The notes: generated from the letters alone by a model not told the origin. A DNA stretch of 63,803 nucleotides, filler included, from an uncultured Methanosarcinales archaeon (GCA_964519225.1; 4 parts of 4 records of this genome joined end to end with filler, not necessarily neighbours in it), one strand, 5' to 3'; counted from the first letter of the whole stretch, positions 8,671 through 18,627 are shown. Made by a program: numbers and translations.

Positions 8671-10248
8671 TTAATCCGCTTTCAAAATCTCAAGATCGAG
8701 TTTTTTCTCAATTCTATAATCATATTCAACTGTTCCAAGTAATAACCTCTTTTTTGGAACATCTGTTTCTCGCAACCTCTTTTTTGGAATCGTAACATAA
8801 CAATAATCAATAACTATTTTCTCTCCCTTTTTCAAGTTTGAAATGCCTTTGAGTTCAGAAGGATGCATAAAAATCAAACTGCTTCCGTCAAAAGCAGAAT
8901 TCTTGCATTCAATATCACTAACACCATCCTCAAACATATCGCTATCAACCTTGATACTATTTACCTTTATTATTTTTCCATCGCCAACATTTACCAAATG
9001 CAAAATCAAAGGTTGTTTCTCAGCATCATCAATAAGAGGATGCGTGATTTCATTTCCAAAATCTATTGCAAGAGCTGCAAATTCAGATGCGCTTTTGCTT
9101 CTTTCAACGCTTGACAATCCAAATAATGAAAGATACTTTTCCTCCTTTGTCCATCTGCTTTGCCCAACGAATATCCTAACCAAACTTGTTCTTGCTTTTA
9201 ATCCTTTAATAACAGCAGAAAACCCAACATAATAACGTCCATGTTTTAAAGCCGATTGATCTTTTGGTTCGCATGTCAGGGCCAAATATCGTTCACCCTT
9301 AACCTCATAAACCTGATAATAAGGTGGAGGTCCAACAACTCCTTCTATTTTTTCACCGCCAAAAACAGGTTCAAACCAGCATTCTAAGCTTATCTTTAGC
9401 TTTTCATCATCAACCGTTTTAACATGGAGTTTTATCGGAACGGGTTGAATATTTCCTTCATAAAATCTTTTTTTATACTGCTTTACTGGAACCAACTCTA
9501 CAACAGTATGCTCTATCATCTTTTCTTCAACATCTCCGCTTTCAGCAGGCGGATTTATTTTCTTCTGAAAACCTTCAACGTCGCCAGCCATCAAACTCTT
9601 TAATGCGTCAAGCCATCTTGCATAAAACCTCTTTGTCGCATTCCAATGTTCTTTTGCTTTTTCCTCAACTTTTGCTTCTATCTGCTTTGCCTGAGCAAAT
9701 GCCTCGGCATGTTCGCTCTTATAATGCGTCACAGTTTCTTTGTAATAGTTTGCCAAAAAAGGCCATCCTATAACAATCAACGCAATAACAATTGCTGCAA
9801 AGACAATTTTCGCTGCAAAAGGAATCCTCAAACCTCTGTTCAAATAATCGATAGTTGTTTTAATGAAAAGAAGAAATGCAATAAAGAACCAAAGATACAT
9901 CCGAGCAAATAAAATATAGCCATATCCAAAAGTCGTTAGCCTAAGAAAAAGCGGCGAAAGTAGATCAAAAGCCAAAGCACCCAACAAAAAACCAGTAAGC
10001 CTATAGCCCCTCATTATCCAAAGGAACAGAATGCACGTAAGAACGCTCATCGTTCCGGACCTGACAGGTTCAAAGCCGCATGCCATCTTCACTGCAAAAT
10101 CAACTGCAGCAACACCAAACAGCACAAGAACAAGCATTATATTCGGAATTTCGACACCGAGTGCTTTTCCAACACCATAAGGAATTATTCGCTTTACACC
10201 GCCTGTGCTTTCTTTATCACCCCTTCTAAAAAAATCAAGGATTCCCAT
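8671..10248 (-). CDS. Membrane protein with N-terminal TMs and a large extracellular beta domain
   Basis: About 5 TM segments, then soluble domain ending in V-x-Y-D-Y like its neighbour. Confidence 0.7.
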   Translation of the reverse strand: MGILDFFRRGDKESTGGVKRIIPYGVGKALGVEIPNIMLVLVLFGVAAVDFAVKMACGFEPVRSGTMSVLTCILFLWIMRGYRLTGFLLGALAFDLLSPLFLRLTTFGYGYILFARMYLWFFIAFLLFIKTTIDYLNRGLRIPFAAKIVFAAIVIALIVIGWPFLANYYKETVTHYKSEHAEAFAQAKQIEAKVEEKAKEHWNATKRFYARWLDALKSLMAGDVEGFQKKINPPAESGDVEEKMIEHTVVELVPVKQYKKRFYEGNIQPVPIKLHVKTVDDEKLKISLECWFEPVFGGEKIEGVVGPPPYYQVYEVKGERYLALTCEPKDQSALKHGRYYVGFSAVIKGLKARTSLVRIFVGQSRWTKEEKYLSLFGLSSVERSKSASEFAALAIDFGNEITHPLIDDAEKQPLILHLVNVGDGKIIKVNSIKVDSDMFEDGVSDIECKNSAFDGSSLIFMHPSELKGISNLKKGEKIVIDYCYVTIPKKRLRETDVPKKRLLLGTVEYDYRIEKKLDLEILKAD

Positions 10249-10274
10249 CGCTCAGAATCTACCTCTTTTTTTGT

Positions 10275-11453
10275 TTAACTTAACTCAACCATCAAAGCAA
10301 CAACATCTAATGTTCTGCTGGGAACAATCTGAACAGCATTGCTTCCCCTTACAACATAATCATTTATCTTCACAACAAAATCGCTCTCCTTTTGGTCAAT
10401 ACCTATATAATGTCCATTAACAATGACCTTTCCTATCTTCCTTTCAACACTTTCCCTAAATCTTATTGTAAGAATGGCGTTCTTCTCGCCGCTGGCAATG
10501 GCATCATACTGCTCAGCACTTAAATCAAAATAATAAGTCGGATATTCAACTTTTCCTATCTTGCTCGCAACCACAAACCTGTCTATCAAAAATCTTCCTT
10601 TTTCAGTTCTCATATAAACAACGTTCTCACCGACATTAACATAGTCTCTTGTTAATTCAATAGGCTCGATCATGCTATTGCAATCAGGAACAGCATCAAA
10701 GATTGTATGGTCGTTCAGCTTTACAACAAGCTTCCCAACATCTTCCTGCTTACACAAAGGAATAAATCTGACTACAACTTTTTCAAGATTTTCTCTTTCC
10801 TCAGGCGTCATAATAAATATATGCCTTGCTTCTTGCTTTTCTCGTCTAAGCATGTCGGCAATTATCTTAACATTCAGCAGCTGATACTTGTTCTTTCGCC
10901 AGAAAGCAAGCCCAACACCGCTTGCATAGAACTCAACGACATTCCTTCCATCGCGAAGGAATTCGCTTATCCTCAACGGTTCGATACTCGGCGTACTAAT
11001 ATATTTATTCAAAACCTCAACGCCATTTACCTTAATGATAAGCCTTCCCTTTGCTTTCGCAATATCAAAAACAACAAATGCATTTTCAACGTCTTCTTTC
11101 TTAACATCAAAGCTAATATTTACTTTCTTTTTTCCAAAAATTGTACTGCTCACGTAAACAGAATCCCTTTCCTTAAGCACAGTTGATTCACTCCATAAAT
11201 CAAGCTCAACGCTACTGATTGGATGTTCAATAGTTTTTTCAGCAATATAGTGCAGTCTTCCAGGTGAAACATCAAGCAATATCTTTTCCTCAGCTGGTGG
11301 TTTTGCAACAGTTATGTTCTTTTCTTCAAGAAGGGCCTCTCTTTCCTCAGGCGGAACAAGCAGAAGATAAAAAACTATCAACAACGCTACAACAGCTATT
11401 AGAATGGCAGCACCTACAGCTCCCTGCCCTTTTTTCTTCTCTTTCCAAAACAT
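10275..11453 (-). CDS. Class III signal peptide (pilin-like) surface protein
   Basis: KKKGQ|GAVGAAILIAVVALLIVFYLLL; three repeated beta modules ending in GxN-x-V. Confidence 0.7.
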   Translation of the reverse strand: MFWKEKKKGQGAVGAAILIAVVALLIVFYLLLVPPEEREALLEEKNITVAKPPAEEKILLDVSPGRLHYIAEKTIEHPISSVELDLWSESTVLKERDSVYVSSTIFGKKKVNISFDVKKEDVENAFVVFDIAKAKGRLIIKVNGVEVLNKYISTPSIEPLRISEFLRDGRNVVEFYASGVGLAFWRKNKYQLLNVKIIADMLRREKQEARHIFIMTPEERENLEKVVVRFIPLCKQEDVGKLVVKLNDHTIFDAVPDCNSMIEPIELTRDYVNVGENVVYMRTEKGRFLIDRFVVASKIGKVEYPTYYFDLSAEQYDAIASGEKNAILTIRFRESVERKIGKVIVNGHYIGIDQKESDFVVKINDYVVRGSNAVQIVPSRTLDVVALMVELS

Positions 11454-11569
11454 CTATCAGCTATGAAGAATTTATATATATAAATGTTTTTCCAAAGCAA
11501 ACTCCCAGCAATCCAAAACTCTATTTTTTCGTATTTTTCAAAATAATTTACGAAATATTTTTATATCAT

Positions 11570-11609
11570 TTGTTATAAAATTATAACATATGCTACAAAA
11601 TTATAACAG
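11570..11609. promoter_or_regulatory. Tandem 20-bp imperfect palindromes straddling the MNT antitoxin start codon (putative autoregulatory operator)
   Basis: TGTTATAA-AA-TTATAACA at 11571-11588 followed by a 17/20-identical copy TGCTACAAAATTATAACAGA. Confidence 0.6.
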
Positions 11610-12114
11610 ATATAAAATACTCCAAGAATTTTTTGATTTTCCAACGCGTGGGTTTCTTATAAGAGAATTATCAAGAAGAACAAAAATTGCTCAGCCTTCA
11701 GTTATCAATCATCTTAAAGCGTTGCTCAAGGAAAAATTAATTCGTAAGGAAAGGGCGCAGCCATATCCATTGTTCAAAGCAAACAGAGAAAATGAACTGT
11801 TCAAAACACTTAAAGTGTTCAACCTAGTTCTAAGAATAAAGAGTTCTGGACTGCTCGATTACATCGCTGATGCGACCTTCCCAAACGTCATAGTGCTCTT
11901 TGGCTCTTGTGCACGAGGCGAAGACATCGAAAGCAGCGACATCGATCTCTTTATTCAAGCCAGAGAAAAAAAGCTGAACCTTTCAAAATATGGGAAACTG
12001 CTCAACAGAAAAATCTCTCCATTCTTCAAAGAAGACTTTTCAAAATTAAGCAACGAGCTAAAAAACAACATCATCAACGGAATCATTTTAAAAGGATATC
12101 TGAAAGTGTTTTGA
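11590..12114 (+). CDS. wHTH-MNT (minimal nucleotidyltransferase) antitoxin
   Basis: N-terminal HTH (IRELSRRTKIAQPSVINHL) and FGSCARGEDIESSDID (GS-x10-DxD). Confidence 0.9.
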   Translation: MLQNYNRYKILQEFFDFPTRGFLIRELSRRTKIAQPSVINHLKALLKEKLIRKERAQPYPLFKANRENELFKTLKVFNLVLRIKSSGLLDYIADATFPNVIVLFGSCARGEDIESSDIDLFIQAREKKLNLSKYGKLLNRKISPFFKEDFSKLSNELKNNIINGIILKGYLKVF

Positions 12115-12115
12115 A

Positions 12116-12520
12116 ATGGAATTGATTAAAATAACTCCAGACAAAGAACGTGCACAAAGCATACTTAAAATGATTAGCTTGTTAGAGGAGAGGATAGAAC
12201 TGCAAAACAAAGAAAGAATGACTCCTTTAATTCTCTCAGACTATTACGAAATTATAAAAGAACTGTTAACCGCGCTACTGCTACTTGACGGATATAAAAC
12301 ACTCAGTCACAAAGATCTAATCGACTACATAGCCCAAAACTACAAAGAGTTCACAAATCATGAGATATCTCTTCTTCATGACTTAAGGATCGCACGAAAT
12401 CGGATAGTCTACGAAGGTTTATTTGTGGATCCTTCTTATCTTAATAGAAATGAACATTTCATAAAAATCATAATAAGAAAGTTGAAAACTCTGGTTAGAA
12501 AAAAATCAGCACAAAAATGA
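12116..12520 (+). CDS. HEPN-domain toxin
   Basis: YEIIKELL..LLLLDG, SHKDLI, LRIARNRIVY; directly follows the MNT gene. Confidence 0.85.
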   Translation: MELIKITPDKERAQSILKMISLLEERIELQNKERMTPLILSDYYEIIKELLTALLLLDGYKTLSHKDLIDYIAQNYKEFTNHEISLLHDLRIARNRIVYEGLFVDPSYLNRNEHFIKIIIRKLKTLVRKKSAQK

Positions 12521-13560
12521 AAATAATATCAAAAAATCTAAAGAAAGGCGTAAAGCTCAAGATAGAATCACGAAATGACCTCTGGCATCTAGCAAACATA
12601 ATAGCGCCGGGCGACATTGTCAGTGCAAAAACAACAAGAAAAATAAAACTCGGTTCTGAGGAAAAAGCAACAGCTGTCAGAAAAACTTTTTTCTTAAAGC
12701 TTAAAGTCGAAGCTGTTTCTTTCGAAGGCGACGTCCTTCGCTTAAAAGGCATTATAGTTGAAGCACCAGAGGAAATTCCGAAAGGAGCACACCATTCTTT
12801 CAACTTAGCAATCAATGACACATTAACAATAGAAAAGGAAAAATGGCTCAGCTTTCAACTAAAAAGGCTTGATGAAGCGTCAGAAAAAAAACAACTTCCG
12901 ATATTAATCTGCGTTCATGATAGGGAAAAAGCAATTTTCGCAATAACAAAACAAAAAGGTGTTGAAGTGATAGCAACAATAAAAGGCACAGTACCAAAGA
13001 AAGGAGTAGACGAAAAACCAAAAGAAGACTTCTTCAAAAGAATTGTAACTGAACTTCAATCGTTGGCAAAAAAGTACAACATAAGCGATATCGTCGTTGC
13101 AAGTCCGGCATTCTGGCGCGAGGAAACAGCCAAGAGAATGCCAAAGGCATTAAAAGAAAAGGTTGTTTTTACATCATGCTCATCAGTAACAAAAAGAGCG
13201 CTAAACGAAGTTCTTAAAAGAGAAGAACTCGCAGCGATATTCGAAAGAAACAGATTGGCGCGTGAAATCAAAGCTGTTGAAATGCTGCTAGAGGAAATAG
13301 CAAAAGATCGTTTCTATGCCTATGGAATAAAAGAAGTCGAACAAGCAGCTTCTGCTGGTGCCGTTTCATTGCTTCTTGTCACAGATAACCTAATAAAGAA
13401 ATTGCAAGAAGAAAACCGCTATCTTCACCTCGAAAAAATCATGCATGATGTTGAGCTTGCAAAAGGAAACATCATGATAGTAGCATCAGATAATGAACCA
13501 GGAAAAACTTTAGACAGCCTCGGTGGAATAGGTGCAATACTTCGCTTTAAGATTTCTTAA
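12517..13560 (+). CDS. pelA: Pelota ribosome rescue protein
   Basis: DLWHLANIIAPGD, KGAHHSF, ASPAFW, AYGIKEV, LGGIGAILRF. Confidence 0.96.
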   Translation: MKIISKNLKKGVKLKIESRNDLWHLANIIAPGDIVSAKTTRKIKLGSEEKATAVRKTFFLKLKVEAVSFEGDVLRLKGIIVEAPEEIPKGAHHSFNLAINDTLTIEKEKWLSFQLKRLDEASEKKQLPILICVHDREKAIFAITKQKGVEVIATIKGTVPKKGVDEKPKEDFFKRIVTELQSLAKKYNISDIVVASPAFWREETAKRMPKALKEKVVFTSCSSVTKRALNEVLKREELAAIFERNRLAREIKAVEMLLEEIAKDRFYAYGIKEVEQAASAGAVSLLLVTDNLIKKLQEENRYLHLEKIMHDVELAKGNIMIVASDNEPGKTLDSLGGIGAILRFKIS

Positions 13561-14926
13561 CCAGGCTTGCCATAGCCCTCGCTGCTCTTCTTGGATCAGA
13601 ATAATTAGGAACATTATTCGCTTCAAGCAGATGTATTGCTCTTCGTGTAAAGTATGTTCCCATAAAACAACATACAATAGGTTTTTTCGGAAATCTTTTC
13701 CTAGCTTCTATAACAATTCTTGCATCGTCTTCGCTTCTCGTCATAGTCTGTAACGTCTGAATCACAATCAATCCTTTTATATAGTCCTCTTCAAGCAGAG
13801 TGTTTATCGCAACCTCGTACCTTTCTGGCAGAGCATCTCCAATTATATCTAAAGGATTTCTTTTGCTAAAAGCAGGATGCATAACCTTGCTTTTCTCTAG
13901 TTTCTTTATCGTTGATTTCTTTAACTCAACCAGATTTACACCAAGTTCTTCGCAATAATCAGCGCAAAGAACACCGGCTCCGCCGCCATTCGTAACTATT
14001 GCAATGGCATTTTCGCATTTATGCAGCATTGCATTTGCTTTAGCAACATCAAATAGTTCCTCAACAGAATCAACAACCTCAATGCCAGCTTGTTTAAATG
14101 CAGTCAAATAAACATCATAGCTGCTTACCATTCTTCCTGTATGCGATAATGCTGCTTGTTCTCCTGCTTTGCCCCTGCCAGCTTTAAGCACAATTACTGG
14201 CTTTTTCTTTACAGCTTCTTTACAGCATTCAATAAATCTTTTTCCATCCCTTACATTTTCAAGATAAACTGCTATAGCTTTTGTCTCTTCATCATCAGCA
14301 AAATATTCAATAAAGTCACTCACATCAAGCATGGCAGCATTTCCAACACTAACTATAGCTGAAAATCCATAGCGCTCCTGGACAGCCCAATCAATAACGC
14401 TGTCAGCTAATGCACCGCTCTGCGTTATAAAAGCTACCTTTCCAGCCGGGGGCATTGTGGGTGCAAAACTTGCATTCAACCCTTTTGTCGGCCTTATCAC
14501 GCCTAAACAATTTGGTCCGAGCAGAGGAATTCCTGCTTTTTTAAGCACTTTTAAAACCTCAGCCTCAAGCCGTTTTCCTTTTTCGCCTGTTTCACTGAAA
14601 CCTGCAGAGATTATAATCACAGCACCAACCTTTTTCTTCACGCATTCCTTTACAACCTGCAGAACGACATTTGCCGGCACAACAATAATAGCAAGATCAA
14701 TCTCATCGTCTATCTCAAGAATACTCTTATAGCATCTTAAACCAAGAATATTTGCAGCAAAAGGATTTACTGGATAAATCTTTCCTTTAAACGGCGAACA
14801 GAAAGGAGCAAGAAAATAGCATCCCTTTACCAGATTTTTCAAAACACCGTAGCCGACTTTTTCAGGTTCCCTGCTTGCACCAATTACAGCCACGCTCTTT
14901 GGATTTAACAACCTATCAAGTTTCAT
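13547..14926 (-). CDS. acdA: Acetate-CoA ligase (ADP-forming) alpha subunit
   Basis: SVAVIGAS, GPNCLG, QSGALA, phospho-His SHTG, TNGGGAG, NPLDIIGD. Confidence 0.93.
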   Translation of the reverse strand: MKLDRLLNPKSVAVIGASREPEKVGYGVLKNLVKGCYFLAPFCSPFKGKIYPVNPFAANILGLRCYKSILEIDDEIDLAIIVVPANVVLQVVKECVKKKVGAVIIISAGFSETGEKGKRLEAEVLKVLKKAGIPLLGPNCLGVIRPTKGLNASFAPTMPPAGKVAFITQSGALADSVIDWAVQERYGFSAIVSVGNAAMLDVSDFIEYFADDEETKAIAVYLENVRDGKRFIECCKEAVKKKPVIVLKAGRGKAGEQAALSHTGRMVSSYDVYLTAFKQAGIEVVDSVEELFDVAKANAMLHKCENAIAIVTNGGGAGVLCADYCEELGVNLVELKKSTIKKLEKSKVMHPAFSKRNPLDIIGDALPERYEVAINTLLEEDYIKGLIVIQTLQTMTRSEDDARIVIEARKRFPKKPIVCCFMGTYFTRRAIHLLEANNVPNYSDPRRAARAMASLVKKS

Positions 14927-15570
14927 CTTTTCTCAACCATCCTTATATCAACACAATATGCTTTTTTTTCATCAACAATAACAGGATTCAGATCAACTTC
15001 GTCAAGCTTTTCATTCTCAACAGCATAGTTTCCAAGTCTAACTAATATATTTGCCAATGCATCAAAATTGACTTTTGGCATCCCTCTGTAACCAGTCAAC
15101 AGCTTATAACCTTTAATCTCTTTCATCATCTCAAGCGCTTCTTCTTTTTTAATAGGAGCTATCCTCAATGACTTATCTTGTAGAACCTCAGCAAAAATTC
15201 CGCCAATGCCGAAAAGCAAGACAGGTCCGAACGTAGCATCTCTTTTCATTCCAATAATAACCTCAACACCTTCGCATTTCTCTTGAATCAAGACACCTTC
15301 AATCTTTGCTTTTCTTCGCTTTCTTTTTGCTAACTTTACCAGTTCATCAAATGTCTTTCCAACAATCTCAGCATCAGCTTCCACTGTCTTAACCAAACCG
15401 AATTCACTCTTATGCAGAAAATCAGGCGATATAAGCTTCATTACAACAAAAGAAGCGCCTCTTAGCTTTTTCAAACCCTCAACTGCTTGCTTCTTATTCT
15501 TCGCAAAAATCTGCTTCGGCGCTGGCAGCCTAACTTTTTCAATAAATTGCTCAATCTTCTTAAAATCCAT
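14923..15570 (-). CDS. acdB: Acetate-CoA ligase (ADP-forming) beta subunit, ATP-grasp
   Basis: SPDFLHKSEFG, FGPVLLFGIGG, EVDLNPV. Confidence 0.92.
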   Translation of the reverse strand: MDFKKIEQFIEKVRLPAPKQIFAKNKKQAVEGLKKLRGASFVVMKLISPDFLHKSEFGLVKTVEADAEIVGKTFDELVKLAKRKRRKAKIEGVLIQEKCEGVEVIIGMKRDATFGPVLLFGIGGIFAEVLQDKSLRIAPIKKEEALEMMKEIKGYKLLTGYRGMPKVNFDALANILVRLGNYAVENEKLDEVDLNPVIVDEKKAYCVDIRMVEKR

Positions 15571-15668
15571 TTAAATCTTAGAAACAGAAAAACCTTTCAT
15601 TAAAATTATTTTTGGAAAGATTTTTAAATAAATTTAAGTCCCTCCTGCTAAGGAGTAAAACGATAAAA

Positions 15669-16292
15669 ATGAGCCTGCTTGAAGATATAATGAATCAGCT
15701 TGGATGTAAAAAAAGAATTTTCAAAAACAGATTATGGCGCGCAGCAAAAATAGCGCATGAAACAAACAGAGAAACGTGTTTCGCAGCCTACAGCCAGAAT
15801 AACAGCATAGAAATCACAAAAGTTTCACTTGAAGGCGCTTTTTCAACAGCACCTGAAGGAAGAGAGCATTTCGAAGAAGGAAAAGGATTTCATTATGACT
15901 TGCTTCTCGATGATAGGATAGTGCTTGTACATGTTCATCCTGGTTGCGAAGATTTAGCAAGATTTCCTTCACCAAGCGATCTCTATCTTGTCTCATACGT
16001 TCCTGAAATAATAGCTTACTTTGATGGAAAATCAATACATATGGTAGTTGTAGCAAAGCATGCCTTTCCTTTCTCAGCAGAACAAGAAAAAAGTCTTTCT
16101 TTTGAATCGCAAAACGAACTAGAAAAAGAAATAATAAAGCAATATTGGAACAAACTCCCAAAAAACTCTTTAGAATCGTTTGTAAGAGAACTGAACCAAA
16201 TTGAAAATCCTGACGGAGAGCAGATATTCTGTGCCGAATACTGGATTATATCACATAGGAACAACAAAGCCCTTTACAGAAGAATAGTATAA
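15669..16292 (+). CDS. Putative JAB/MPN+ metalloprotein
   Basis: E (NRETCF) ... HVHPG-x8-SPSD JAMM-like motif; ATG 15669 preceded by AGGAG. Confidence 0.55.
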   Translation: MSLLEDIMNQLGCKKRIFKNRLWRAAKIAHETNRETCFAAYSQNNSIEITKVSLEGAFSTAPEGREHFEEGKGFHYDLLLDDRIVLVHVHPGCEDLARFPSPSDLYLVSYVPEIIAYFDGKSIHMVVVAKHAFPFSAEQEKSLSFESQNELEKEIIKQYWNKLPKNSLESFVRELNQIENPDGEQIFCAEYWIISHRNNKALYRRIV

Positions 16293-16338
16293 AACGCAGA
16301 ACAGATAAAGTTAAATAATCCAGAAAGAAAAAATTCTT

Positions 16339-17577
16339 ATGCAATTCAAGTTTGCTCATCTTGCTGATTGTCACATCGGATGTTGGCGCGATCCAAAGCT
16401 TAGAGAAGCAACCATCGAAGCATTCAAAACAGCTGTTGAAAAATGTATATCAACTAATGTCGACTTTATACTAATAAGCGGAGACCTATTCAACACATCG
16501 CTTCCATCTATTGATGAACTTTCTGCTGTAGTTAAAGAACTGAAAAAACTCGAAGCAAAGAACATACCGGTTTACTCTATTCCAGGATCGCATGATTATT
16601 CTCCAAGCGGAAAAACAATGCTCGCTGTTCTCGAATCTGCAAAACTCATCACCTTGGTTTCCAAGGCAGATGCAGGGCATACGAACAGAATACGTTTGCT
16701 TTTCACAACAGACAAAAAAACAGGCGTAAAAATTACAGGAATGCTTGGGAAAAAAGGCGGACTAGAATCAGAATACTATAAAATTCTCGATAAAGAAGCA
16801 CTCGCATCAGAACCGGGCTTTAAGATTTTTATGTTTCATTCGGCTATAACAGAATTCAAACCAAAAAGCCTTGCAGAAATGCCATCCATACCATTATCGC
16901 TCCTGCCAGAAGGCTTCAATTATTATGCCGGCGGACACGTTCACGAAAGATTTCAGCATAATAACATAGTCTTTCCTGGTCCGCTGTTTCCTGCGAACTT
17001 TAAAGAATTCGAATCCCTCCACCACGGCGGCTTCTGCATTGTCAGCGTTGATAACAATAAAATAGCAGAGATTAAATTCGAACCGATCCGATTATTTCCG
17101 CATGTCGGCATAATGCTAAACGTAGATGGAAAAACACCATTACAAGTAAAAGAAGCATTACTCGAAGAACTCAAGCAAAAAGATCTACTAAATGCCGTCG
17201 TTACAATAAGGGTCGAAGGAAAATTATCTCATGGAAAGCCTTCTGATATACAGTTCAATGAAATATTTGACTGTGCATATGAAAAAGGAGCTTTTTTTGT
17301 TATGAAAAATGCTTCAAAACTTCACGGAGAGCTATTCAAAGAAGTAAAGATAACAGCAAAATCAACCGAAGAAATAGAAGAAAAGCTAATTAATGAGCAT
17401 CTTCAACAAATAAAGATAGGCCTATCAAAAGAACAGGAAAAAAATCTCATAAAAGAACTGATCTCAGCTCTTGACATAGAAAAAGAAGAAGGCGAAACAA
17501 CGACCACATTCGAAGAAAGACTAAAACAAAATTTTGAAAAGATACTCGAAAAGTATCTCAAAGAAATTAAACCATAA
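16339..17577 (+). CDS. mre11: Mre11 DNA double-strand break repair nuclease
   Basis: ADCHIG, GDLF, PGSHD, MFH, GGHVH phosphoesterase motifs plus capping domain. Confidence 0.92.
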   Translation: MQFKFAHLADCHIGCWRDPKLREATIEAFKTAVEKCISTNVDFILISGDLFNTSLPSIDELSAVVKELKKLEAKNIPVYSIPGSHDYSPSGKTMLAVLESAKLITLVSKADAGHTNRIRLLFTTDKKTGVKITGMLGKKGGLESEYYKILDKEALASEPGFKIFMFHSAITEFKPKSLAEMPSIPLSLLPEGFNYYAGGHVHERFQHNNIVFPGPLFPANFKEFESLHHGGFCIVSVDNNKIAEIKFEPIRLFPHVGIMLNVDGKTPLQVKEALLEELKQKDLLNAVVTIRVEGKLSHGKPSDIQFNEIFDCAYEKGAFFVMKNASKLHGELFKEVKITAKSTEEIEEKLINEHLQQIKIGLSKEQEKNLIKELISALDIEKEEGETTTTFEERLKQNFEKILEKYLKEIKP

Positions 17578-17581
17578 AAAA

Positions 17582-17878
17582 ATGAAATATCCAAAAGAAG
17601 TTATTGCAATAGGCAGTTCTGGAAAACAAGAAGCGCGTGTATTAATCGAGCAGGGCAAATACATCCGCTACACCTATCTTGATCCAAAAACAGGAAAGCC
17701 AATAGCAAAAGGAAAAGAATCTATCTGGCTGAAAAGTAAAGAAGGCAGGATCGAACATCTGTTCTTTATTCCATTAAAGAAAGGAAAAGGAAAAGCACTC
17801 GTCATAAGAAAAGAAGAATCCCCAAAGGGAAGAAAAATTTGGGATGATAAGAAAAAGAAAGCAATAAATTTATTTTGA
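17582..17878 (+). CDS. Small basic hypothetical protein
   Basis: ATG at 17582 (MKYPKEV) just after the mre11 stop. Confidence 0.65.
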   Translation: MKYPKEVIAIGSSGKQEARVLIEQGKYIRYTYLDPKTGKPIAKGKESIWLKSKEGRIEHLFFIPLKKGKGKALVIRKEESPKGRKIWDDKKKKAINLF

Positions 17879-17880
17879 TT

Positions 17881-18627
17881 TCAGAGCAAGTCCCACACAG
17901 TCCAAAATAAAAATTTTAAAAATTCATAAAGTTGCTCAGACTGAATTTTTATCACAATCGGAAGATTACTCAGAAGGAACAGATAAATAATATCTTTGAA
18001 AAGTACAATTTGAGTTCGTTTTATTCTAGGAACTTTTTTTCGTTTGATATATTTTATCCATGTGGGTGGCTTTTCTTTATGTCGTTTTGCTCGCGTGCAA
18101 AATAACAAACCAAAAAAAGGAAGTGATCGCTTTTTTCGCATAAGTTTAATTCGATCAAAAAAATTGGGATAAAATTTTTCAAAAACATATTCATAACCGA
18201 AACACAAGATAGGAGTACGTTCTTTTGAATGAACAATGTTTAATAGAATTTCTTTTATCGTTTCTTTACCAGATAAAATTTCAACGTTTGCAATAGGAGT
18301 ATGCTTGCTGCTCTTCATTAAAGTACGTAAAGAAGATTCAAGCTCGAATCTAAGTTGTTTAAGTTCTTTTACACGCCCATTAATCAAACGAATAAAGGAA
18401 CTAGTAGGAGCAGGCAGATAATATGTAGTCCTCTTACTTTTTTGAGCTTGTACTAGTTTTTTATCCGAAAGGCGATTTAGTATTGTATAAAGGTTGGATC
18501 GATTTAATCCAGTATATTTGGAAATTTTATTTACAGTTGCAGGACCATGTGTAAGTAGAAATAAGCAGGCAGAAATTTCACCTTCAGATAACCCTATCTT
18601 TCTTAAAATCTCTTTCAAAAATTTCAT
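17881..18627 (-). CDS. TrmB-family transcriptional regulator
   Basis: LRKIGLSEGE...ISKYTGLNRSNLYTILNRLSDKKLV wHTH, coiled linker, VEILSG, FWTVW end. Confidence 0.88.
   Translation of the reverse strand: MKFLKEILRKIGLSEGEISACLFLLTHGPATVNKISKYTGLNRSNLYTILNRLSDKKLVQAQKSKRTTYYLPAPTSSFIRLINGRVKELKQLRFELESSLRTLMKSSKHTPIANVEILSGKETIKEILLNIVHSKERTPILCFGYEYVFEKFYPNFFDRIKLMRKKRSLPFFGLLFCTRAKRHKEKPPTWIKYIKRKKVPRIKRTQIVLFKDIIYLFLLSNLPIVIKIQSEQLYEFLKFLFWTVWDLL

Noticed and set aside
391..13560. aRF1, Pelota, NAC (plus NFACT and YchF) as a ribosome-rescue supercluster
   Set aside because: The genes are scattered or on different contigs; this is expected housekeeping density in a small genome.
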